Assembly (NCBI GenBank): GCA_948579355.1
Contig: CAPAOV010000003.1
Coordinates: 72,693-136,692 of the forward strand
From: an uncultured Eubacterium sp.
GTDB taxonomy: Bacteria > Bacillota > Clostridia > Lachnospirales > Lachnospiraceae
Length of the DNA stretch: 64,000 nucleotides
Reading direction: 5' to 3'
Shown: piece after piece, positions 56,807 to 64,000 of the stretch
Layout: each line of letters opens with the position of its first letter
Position numbering within the stretch: the stretch's first letter is position 1
The notes under the pieces: generated by a model
What the model was told of the DNA's origin: nothing
The model's database searches: none
The model's input: only the letters and a program-made list of their open reading frames with translations
Translations under genes and position numbers: made by a program

Positions 56807-58450
56807 TTACAAAAACTCCTTAATACTATCTGAAATATGTATAATTGTCGATGACACGGCAAGAAATTTTAATGATACTAGCTTTTCGACGGCCTGTGCA
56901 AGAAAAAATGGTCTTTCCATATCCGACGAATCTTCCAACGAAATCTTTCGTTCCAACCATTCCGGACTATCAAAAATTTTAGGGAACAAATCAAAACTCT
57001 CCGCTTTATACACGACAGCATTCACTCTATACTCTCCCTGTAGCAAAGCAGAAAGGGAGGACATAAAAGATTGTAAAGTTTCATCACTCTCTTCTTCCTC
57101 CGCAACAAGAACAATGGAACTATTTGTAGACAACGCCCCCTGCTCCGCTAAACATTGCGCCGATTCTGCGACTTTCTCCTCATCATAAATAGTCATATCA
57201 AAAATAACGGCATCATACTTTTTTGAAGAACTTTCCGCCACCGAATCTAACTTATCAACAAATAACTCACAATCTTTCCAAAAGAGCTGTGACTGCATCT
57301 CTTCGACAATTTCGTGAGAACCGTAAAAACCCAGATTACATCCACTAGAATCCAATTCACGGCCAATAAATTTATCAATAGCAGTCTTTGGCTCCATTAT
57401 GAGAACATTTCTCGTATAGATTTCTCCATAATGCAGCCTATGCTCATCAAAGTGCTCATCCGTCACAATGACAGGAAGAATGTTTTCCACCGGAACCTGA
57501 AAGTAAGAAATTCCCATAGACAGACCGACACCAAAACCACAACTGCAAATCTGAATATTTTCTTTCCCATCGTATTTATCCCGATTATGACAAAGCGTAA
57601 TCGGAATCGATGCACTAGATGTATTTCCATATTCTTCAAATGAGGTAATCACTTTATCTTCTGGTAATCCACACACATCTGTAACGGTGTCTAAAATCAA
57701 TTTTTGTGCCTGATGTAAAACATAAAAATCAACATTTTCCTCTATATTCAGGTCACGTACAAAGGCACTCATGTTTGTGGCGACATCATTAAGTGCAAAT
57801 TCAAATACTTTATTTCCCTGCATCATCATTTCTGTCTTTCTATAGCGTACAATTGCATCCCATCCCGAACCATCACTAAAATTCCGAAACGAAAATTCGT
57901 TTTCCGGCTGCTTCTCTAAAGCCGTTGCTGCGCCTCCGGAGCCAAACATCATAATATTAATAATATCTTCTCTTTTCATTGTCACACTATCCGGCAGAAT
58001 CGCAATGTCACCTGTCAACAACAGAGCCTTTGTTCCATCCGGCTGACTTTGTAACAAACCGCCTATCGTCTGTATTCCCAAATCAAAAGCAGAACAGCCG
58101 AGATTGATATCATATGCCATACAATCTTTTCCCATTCCGAGACGTTCCGCCAAATCAATTGCCGTAGATGGAATCTCGTAATCGGCAAACTGCGTACACA
58201 AAATAAGCACTTTCACTTCTTCCCGGTTCCACTGTAAGTGCTCCAACAGTTTTTCCGCGGCACTGACACAAAGGTCCGAAAGTTTCTGATAACGATATGA
58301 TAAATGATGGCGGTATATTCCGGTTAATTTCGCCTGTTTCATCACCTGACGCTTGCCAAACACATCAATATAATCCATGTTATCCATAACATAAGAAGGG
58401 ACTGCTGAGGCAATGCCAGATACCTTTATATTAGAATACTTTCCATTCAT
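56807..58450 (-). CDS. KAS-III (FabH)-like enzyme fused to an about 220-aa C-terminal domain of unknown function
   Basis: The Cys-His-Asn triad context is retained (NLGCSAF, VLHQAQ, YGNTSSASIP). The C-terminal third has no motif I recognise. Confidence 0.8.
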   Translation of the reverse strand: MNGKYSNIKVSGIASAVPSYVMDNMDYIDVFGKRQVMKQAKLTGIYRHHLSYRYQKLSDLCVSAAEKLLEHLQWNREEVKVLILCTQFADYEIPSTAIDLAERLGMGKDCMAYDINLGCSAFDLGIQTIGGLLQSQPDGTKALLLTGDIAILPDSVTMKREDIINIMMFGSGGAATALEKQPENEFSFRNFSDGSGWDAIVRYRKTEMMMQGNKVFEFALNDVATNMSAFVRDLNIEENVDFYVLHQAQKLILDTVTDVCGLPEDKVITSFEEYGNTSSASIPITLCHNRDKYDGKENIQICSCGFGVGLSMGISYFQVPVENILPVIVTDEHFDEHRLHYGEIYTRNVLIMEPKTAIDKFIGRELDSSGCNLGFYGSHEIVEEMQSQLFWKDCELFVDKLDSVAESSSKKYDAVIFDMTIYDEEKVAESAQCLAEQGALSTNSSIVLVAEEEESDETLQSFMSSLSALLQGEYRVNAVVYKAESFDLFPKIFDSPEWLERKISLEDSSDMERPFFLAQAVEKLVSLKFLAVSSTIIHISDSIKEFL

Positions 58451-58472
58451 AGAACACACTCTCTTCCTAGTA

Positions 58473-58694
58473 TTAATCCGGTATATAATTGCATATATCG
58501 CCTATGGTTACAAATTCTTTAATCGTATCTGTCGTAAGATTCATATCATAGTCCTGTTTCATTCTCACAGTCAACGTCAAAGTACTAAGAGAATCCCATT
58601 CTTCCACTTCTTCCAAAATGGTATCCTCTGTCAGGCTTCCCTCATCTACATCCATAATCTCCTCAATAAATTCGATTTTTTCCTGTAACGTCAT
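58473..58694 (-). CDS. Acyl carrier protein
   Basis: 73 aa, acidic, phosphopantetheine-site context EEWDSLSTLTL. Confidence 0.8.
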   Translation of the reverse strand: MTLQEKIEFIEEIMDVDEGSLTEDTILEEVEEWDSLSTLTLTVRMKQDYDMNLTTDTIKEFVTIGDICNYIPD

Positions 58695-58736
58695 TTTTTC
58701 ATCCTCTCCTTAATCAAAATACTGCGTTATCTATTA

Positions 58737-59462
58737 TTATCCGTGATATCCTGCGCTTATACCAATGCATTCCCCTGTTATATACTTCGCTTCATCGGAT
58801 AATAGAAACTGAACTACATTCACTACATTATCAATAGGAATAATTCCCAATGGCTGCTTTTGTTTTACTACCGCAATCTCTTCCTCGCTCCACTCATTCT
58901 TATCATCACTCATTTTCGACATCACATTAGCGGGCATCACCGTATTAATACGAATCTTCCGTTTCAAAAATTCTTTCGCTAAAATCTGTACCTGAACATT
59001 CATCGCTTCTTTCGTCATCGCATAAGCAGACATCCCCATCTCTTTCATTACAGCCGCATAAGAAGAAATTCCTACAACAGCCGCTCCTTTATTGGAAGCT
59101 TTCACATTTATGAAATTGCGGCACATTTCATAAAAACCAAAAACGTTGACCCGAAACATATATTCCAAGTCATCCCGCTCCATAAGTTTCAATGTTTTTA
59201 TAAACACCACTCCTGCGCAATAAACAAGACCATCCAGACGTATACCCTCTTCTTTTAACGTCTGAAAAACAGGCTCAATTTCTTCTAATTTCCCCAAGTC
59301 GCATGGTATTACCATACTCTTTCCCTCTATTTCCTTTTGTACTTCCAACAGTTTATCCCGTCTGCGCGCTACAAGGATAACCGTTGTATCTGCATTGGAA
59401 AGTTTTTTTGCCATCTCTCTGCCTATGCCGGAAGATGCTCCTGTAATCATATAATATTTCAC
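58737..59462 (-). CDS. Short-chain dehydrogenase/reductase (FabG-like ketoreductase candidate)
   Basis: TGASSGIGREMAKKL, NVFG, SSYAA...YAMTKEA (YxxxK). GTG at 59462 lies 6 nt after AGGAGG. Confidence 0.8.
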   Translation of the reverse strand: MKYYMITGASSGIGREMAKKLSNADTTVILVARRRDKLLEVQKEIEGKSMVIPCDLGKLEEIEPVFQTLKEEGIRLDGLVYCAGVVFIKTLKLMERDDLEYMFRVNVFGFYEMCRNFINVKASNKGAAVVGISSYAAVMKEMGMSAYAMTKEAMNVQVQILAKEFLKRKIRINTVMPANVMSKMSDDKNEWSEEEIAVVKQKQPLGIIPIDNVVNVVQFLLSDEAKYITGECIGISAGYHG

Positions 59463-59684
59463 TGTATTCCTCCTATCTTTTATTCCTATACACTTCTCAT
59501 GATGGACGGTCTTGATCGCCGTCGCCACGGAATAATTTCATCCCCTGTATAAGAAAGGCTATCATATCCAAAGAAACATTTTTTTACTCAAACAGATGAA
59601 AATAATTTGTCAACAGCCTCCTCTTTGTCTTCCGCAAAACTGAAATGAACTGCATTATCTCCTGAATTTTTATTTTTCCCTCCA

Positions 59685-60749
59685 TCAATAAACCGATGTA
59701 ATCATTTCACAAAAATCCATGTTCCCCAGTTCCACAATCATAGAAGACCAAGACAAGCCGGCGCCAAATCCGGCAAGGCAGCACTGGTATCGATTCGTTG
59801 TCATCTCTTTAGCCAGATTATCGGTAATGGCAACCGGTATCGTTGAGCCGCTGGAATTACCAAATCTCTCCACTACATTCATAGGAACTTTATTCCATGG
59901 CACCTCCATTTTATCTGCGAGTTTCTGTAACATAAATTTGTTTGGCTGATGAAACAAAAACCAGTCAATATCTTCTTTTGTCATATTCGCATAGCTTACA
60001 ATCTCGTCAATCATAGGCGGTACTTCTTTTTGGACAAAGTTAAATACTTTAGAGCCATCCATCCACAAATCATCATAACTTTTCATTGTTCCATCACCGA
60101 TATCTCTCGGAATAGATGTCTCTGGCGTTCTCGGCATACGGAAACCGCCTGCATGCATAATCAATGTTTCCCTCTCTCTTCCGTCATTATATAAATTCAT
60201 ATATATATCTGCCGCCTTATCATCATGCTCAAATACGGTAATCGCCGTCGCATCCCCGCCAAAAGAAGCTGCTGTAAGCGGCTCCTCTTTATTCTTTCTG
60301 CACAGTACATCACCATTAAAAACAACAACTTTCTTGTCACCTATGACATCCAGAAGCAAAAAGGCCTGAAGCGCTCCTAACATAAACCCGACGCAGCCTT
60401 GTGGAATGTCCATACATATCACATCGGTAGGAAGGTCACACTCACCATGAATAATATTGCTCACATGAGGAATAAAATAATCAGGCGTCAGCCCCGTAAC
60501 TACAATGGCACCGATTTCTTCTCTCTTTATATATCCTTTCTCCAGCATATAGTTTAATCCGTAGATACAAAAATCAGATGTCGTTGAGTCTGCCTTGGCC
60601 GCTCGTCTTTTTCCAAAACCCATAATCCGCTTTAATCTCCTTGTCTGAAGCGTAGCAAAAGGTTTTGTCTCCTCATCATAATCATACTCATTTTCCGGCA
60701 TTACTGTCAGCATCCCTGCTATCCTCTTCCCTTTCAATGTAGTAATCAT
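59685..60749 (-). CDS. KAS-III (FabH)-like condensing enzyme / acyltransferase
   Basis: QGCVGF, FHQPNKF, FGNSSGSTIP triad contexts. 354 aa. Confidence 0.8.
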   Translation of the reverse strand: MITTLKGKRIAGMLTVMPENEYDYDEETKPFATLQTRRLKRIMGFGKRRAAKADSTTSDFCIYGLNYMLEKGYIKREEIGAIVVTGLTPDYFIPHVSNIIHGECDLPTDVICMDIPQGCVGFMLGALQAFLLLDVIGDKKVVVFNGDVLCRKNKEEPLTAASFGGDATAITVFEHDDKAADIYMNLYNDGRERETLIMHAGGFRMPRTPETSIPRDIGDGTMKSYDDLWMDGSKVFNFVQKEVPPMIDEIVSYANMTKEDIDWFLFHQPNKFMLQKLADKMEVPWNKVPMNVVERFGNSSGSTIPVAITDNLAKEMTTNRYQCCLAGFGAGLSWSSMIVELGNMDFCEMITSVY

Positions 60750-60976
60750 ACATTCCCTCCATTTTTTTTCACAACATTCGCAATTGTATCTAATGACTTG
60801 AAATTCTCCGGTATGATATCCAAACCATCAATTGAAATATCAAATGTATCATCCAGTTCAGATACTAACGATACAAGGTCAAAAGAATCTAAGTACCCAT
60901 CTTCAATAAAATCCTCACTGGAAGTAAAATCAAATTCAGGGCGGATTCCCTGCAAAATCTCCATTATTTTTTCCAT
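60746..60976 (-). CDS. DltC-like (aminoacyl/acyl) carrier protein
   Basis: 76 aa. GYLDSFDLVSLVSELDDTF resembles the DltC Ser-site helix. ATGA overlap with the downstream gene. Confidence 0.75.
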   Translation of the reverse strand: MEKIMEILQGIRPEFDFTSSEDFIEDGYLDSFDLVSLVSELDDTFDISIDGLDIIPENFKSLDTIANVVKKNGGNV

Positions 60977-60996
60977 TGTCTTTCCTCCTTTCTTTC

Positions 60997-62517
60997 TTAT
61001 ATTGACTGTGAAAGTTTCAGACGGTCAATTTTGCCATTCGTATTTCTTGGCAGCTCATCCATCGCATGGTAAACCGTAGGAACCATATAGCGCGGGAAAG
61101 AAGTCCCCAAAGCTTTACGAATCTCCAACTCCGTCACTCCACTTTCTTCGTAAAACAATACAATACACTTATTTTTATTATCATAAACAACACAACAGTT
61201 TGAAACCAATTTAAGATTGTTTACTATCTCATGTTCTATCTCACCAAGCTCAATCCGATATCCCTGATGTTTCACTAAGCTGTCTTTACGGCCTTTGAAA
61301 TAGATAAGACCATCCTCTCCATATGCCGCAATATCCCCTGTCCGATAAATCAATTCAGGATAAGATTGATTCAAAGGATTTTGGACAAACACAGTTTCCG
61401 TCTTTTGCAGGTTATTATAATATCCCATCGCAAGGGAAGTACCACGCACACAAATTTCTCCTTCCTCACCCCTGTCACACAGCTTGTCTTCCTCCGTGAG
61501 AAGCAAAATATCGGTGTTATTACATGGAATACCGATTGGCAGCGGCTCATCATCGGCAAATGTTTTATCTACAATGTAATAAATACAGTCAAGCGTTATC
61601 TCAATCGGCCCATACAGATTGGCAAAGACTGCCTGCGGCAAATGTTTCTGCCAGTAATTAAATTGTTTTGTTGGGAAAACTTCACCGGCAAACCATACAG
61701 TTTTGATATCCGGCAACGGTATCTTTACAAGCAAATCCATATTGGCAATATTAACCATAATTGTCGGTACCCAGAACAAAAAGTTTACTTTCTTTTCCTG
61801 CAATTCAGCTAATAATTTTGCCGGAAAAACAGCCAGCGAGCTGTCCAAAAGAACAATCGTCGCCCCTTTCATCATCATCAGGCATATCTCAAAATCATAA
61901 ATATCAAATACAATCGGAGAAAGGGCTCCTATTATTTCATCGCCGCACAAATCAAAAGTTTCTGTCGCCCATGCCATAAAATCAAAAAAGCTGCGGTAAT
62001 TTAATACAACTCCTTTAGGCGTTCCGGTGGAACCGGATGTATTAATAATGCAAAACGGGTCGGTGTCAATTAATTTCGCACGGTTTTCCTGCAGTATGGC
62101 GTCATCAACAGACATCGCGCCGTACTCCAGTTTATCCATCTCTACCACTTTCATCTGATATTTTCCCCAATCAATCAGCGCAGAGTATTTCGTGCTGGTA
62201 ATTACCGTAGACGGTTTCAATTGCTTGAGTATATTTTCCAAACGCTGGATAGGCGTCTTTATATCCAAGTTATTAAACACATGGGAGCTATATAAAATTC
62301 CAATATCGGCAACTACCGAATCAATTGATTTTGGCAACAATACAACGATAGGGGAAAATTGGGATTGTGGCAGCATTTCAGATAATTTAGTCCCAAGTTT
62401 CCTTCCCCGCATCATTAAGGTCTCAAACGTACAGGTTTCATTATTATGTATCAATGCCGTCTTCTCTTTGTTTTCCGCCACTGTTTCTTCAAAATAATCT
62501 AACACTGTTTTATACAC
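60997..62517 (-). CDS. Stand-alone adenylation enzyme, DltA-like (AMP-binding superfamily)
   Basis: NTSGSTGTPKGV, YGPIE, YRTGD, GRKDSLVKHQGYRIELGEIE, NGKIDR cores. 506 aa, like DltA. GTG lies behind AGGAGG. Confidence 0.85.
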   Translation of the reverse strand: MYKTVLDYFEETVAENKEKTALIHNNETCTFETLMMRGRKLGTKLSEMLPQSQFSPIVVLLPKSIDSVVADIGILYSSHVFNNLDIKTPIQRLENILKQLKPSTVITSTKYSALIDWGKYQMKVVEMDKLEYGAMSVDDAILQENRAKLIDTDPFCIINTSGSTGTPKGVVLNYRSFFDFMAWATETFDLCGDEIIGALSPIVFDIYDFEICLMMMKGATIVLLDSSLAVFPAKLLAELQEKKVNFLFWVPTIMVNIANMDLLVKIPLPDIKTVWFAGEVFPTKQFNYWQKHLPQAVFANLYGPIEITLDCIYYIVDKTFADDEPLPIGIPCNNTDILLLTEEDKLCDRGEEGEICVRGTSLAMGYYNNLQKTETVFVQNPLNQSYPELIYRTGDIAAYGEDGLIYFKGRKDSLVKHQGYRIELGEIEHEIVNNLKLVSNCCVVYDNKNKCIVLFYEESGVTELEIRKALGTSFPRYMVPTVYHAMDELPRNTNGKIDRLKLSQSI

Positions 62518-62527
62518 TGTATACCTC

Positions 62528-63388
62528 CTATTGAACCGTGGTTACATTGCCATATGAGTATTCTTTTACGAGTGGTTTCGTATCATATGGTTCTGCCAAA
62601 AAGCAATTTACATCTCTTGTCAGCCATTCAACCGCTTTCTCATATGCTGCTTTTTCAGTAAAACTTGAAACGTTGGCATCTCCTACCTTTTTCTTTAAAA
62701 ACAATCCCTGTTCCATGAGCTCTTGTTCAAATGTCGGCGGAACACAAGGTAACACATCCCTATACTTTACATACAACGTATGTTTATCTTCCCGAATATT
62801 CCCATCGGCGTCAATAATATGTCCGGTAAATTCCTTATCATAACGATAGGGAACCCGCAATTTTTCTTCTACATAGTGCATCTGTGTATGACATTGATAT
62901 AATTCTGCTCCAAAAAAGAGTATTCTCGCATTTGGAGTCTGGTGCAAACGGTCAAAAAAACTCCCCTCCCCCAACGACTTATCGCCGCTTACTTCTGCCA
63001 GCTCTTTATGTTTTCCAATCACACAAACTGACATCAGAGGGTCTTCGGAGCGTACCGCATCTTCTCTCTTTCTCGCATACTCATTTAACATGCCCATCTT
63101 ACATTTTGTGTTTTTCACATCATAGTCTTCTCTATTCCCATAACTAAAAGTAAAAGTTGGAAATACAAGCGTACAGACTTCCAACTCACAAAGGGAATCA
63201 AACAATATCTCAACCAACTCTTTTCTCTTAATTTCTCTGTTAAGCAAACCAAAAGACAAATCAGTGTGAACGAGAAGAACCTCACAATCATCCGCTTTTA
63301 CATCACGCATCGCCTGAACTAACTGACCATATGTAACCCATGACTTATCTCTCGCCTGAAATAGTTTTAATTCGCTATCTCTTCTCAT
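62528..63388 (-). CDS. AAC(3)-fold (Antibiotic_NAT family) N-acyltransferase
   Basis: LLVHTDLSFGL, TLVFPTFTF, GMLNEYARKREDAVRSEDPLMSV, ILFFGAEL..CHTQMHYVE layout, as in aminoglycoside 3-N-acetyltransferases. Confidence 0.7.
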   Translation of the reverse strand: MRRDSELKLFQARDKSWVTYGQLVQAMRDVKADDCEVLLVHTDLSFGLLNREIKRKELVEILFDSLCELEVCTLVFPTFTFSYGNREDYDVKNTKCKMGMLNEYARKREDAVRSEDPLMSVCVIGKHKELAEVSGDKSLGEGSFFDRLHQTPNARILFFGAELYQCHTQMHYVEEKLRVPYRYDKEFTGHIIDADGNIREDKHTLYVKYRDVLPCVPPTFEQELMEQGLFLKKKVGDANVSSFTEKAAYEKAVEWLTRDVNCFLAEPYDTKPLVKEYSYGNVTTVQ

Positions 63389-64000
63389 TATAGCCGTCCT
63401 CCATCTACATAGAATTTTCTTCCCGTAATAAATTTTGCAGTATCGCTTATTAAATATGCCGCCATATTGGCAACATCTTCCGGCTCTCCCAGTGGCATCA
63501 TCTGTCTTCCCGTGATATTACTCTCCTCACCGGAAACCTCCCCAAAAGAATATGCCATCGGTGTGGCAATCGGCCCCGGCACAATGGCATTCACCCGAAT
63601 ATTTTTATCAAACAATTCAACCGCCAGAGAAGAAACTGCCATCTCCAATGCTCCTTTTGTCGCTGCGTATACGCTCATGCATTTTTGTGGATAGTGCGCA
63701 TTAATCGCAGATAATGCAACAATACTTCCACCTGCTGAATTTGTTTTTTTACTGTAGTACTTTACGAGTTCCATGAAAGAAACAAAATTCACATCAAACA
63801 TTTCCTGAATATTTGCGGCTGAAACTACTTTGATAGGAATCACTTTTGCAATGCCAGCACAATGCACCAGACCGGAAAGCTTTTCTCCTGTCTCACGTAT
63901 CTCCTTAAATGCGTTAGCATAAGAAGCAAATTCCCTAAGTTCCAGTGGAATAACAATATGTCCATCCCCTGTAAGCTTCTGCTTTGTTTCATCCAGACGG
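63388..64000 (-). CDS. SDR-family oxidoreductase, 5' end beyond the window
   Basis: The frame is open to the window edge (...LSGLVHCAGIAKV). YAATKGAL (YxxxK), NAIVPGPIATPM. TAATG overlap with the downstream gene. Confidence 0.8.
   Translation of the reverse strand, partial: RLDETKQKLTGDGHIVIPLELREFASYANAFKEIRETGEKLSGLVHCAGIAKVIPIKVVSAANIQEMFDVNFVSFMELVKYYSKKTNSAGGSIVALSAINAHYPQKCMSVYAATKGALEMAVSSLAVELFDKNIRVNAIVPGPIATPMAYSFGEVSGEESNITGRQMMPLGEPEDVANMAAYLISDTAKFITGRKFYVDGGRL

Noticed and set aside
59463-59684. A 33-aa ORF (MEGKIKIQEIMQF...) and a TTGACA-containing stretch in the only sizeable gap of the acylation operon.
   Set aside because: The ORF has no convincing RBS or recognisable features, and the -10 element is poor. 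This may simply be a spacer or an internal weak promoter.
60746-62517. The DltA-like + DltC-like pair as a teichoic-acid D-alanylation (dlt) operon.
   Set aside because: There is no DltB (MBOAT) or DltD in the operon. The pair is embedded among KAS-III, SDR and AAC(3)-fold genes instead.

Overview
This is a 64-kb chromosomal segment from a mid/low-GC Firmicute. Gene content suggests a Clostridia (Lachnospiraceae-like) gut anaerobe, but that is inference only. The housekeeping backbone comprises rubrerythrin, a fused membrane/spermidine-synthase protein, a macro-domain protein, an acyl-CoA thioesterase, greA-lysS, prfC, maf, full-length purL, a PrsA-like PPIase, a heterodimeric ABC exporter with MarR, a GntR-ABC module, rfbABDC, and three tRNAs (Gln-CTG, Gly-GCC, Leu-CAG). 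Five accessory or unusual parts stand out. (1) A visibly AT-rich island of about 7.7 kb (1175-8922) is flanked by 312-bp direct repeats made of the rubrerythrin 5' end plus promoter. It carries broken or degenerate Fic genes, a wHTH + membrane-protein pair, a TnpV remnant and a TetR/FMN-binding/flavodoxin module. Its right-hand repeat is a decaying rbr fragment hit by a 130-bp MITE with an 8-bp target duplication. (2) A large BspA/LRR-type wall-anchored surface protein is split by a frameshift. (3) An 830-bp gene-free, highly structured stretch (26.8-27.6 kb) lies next to tRNA-Gly. It contains a 452-nt imperfect fold-back and a 254-nt GC-rich segment co-transcribed with the tRNA. (4) A nonulosonic-acid/Maf(DUF115) locus converges on rfbABDC. 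(5) A low-GC, tightly packed operon at the right edge (55975 to beyond 64000) encodes two KAS-III-like enzymes, two carrier proteins, a DltA-like adenylase, two SDRs, an AAC(3)-fold protein and a GNAT. I consider it the best candidate for an undescribed carrier-protein-dependent acylation system. I saw no rRNA, no CRISPR array, and no intact transposase, integrase or phage structural gene. All family calls come from motif recognition by eye. No database search was run.
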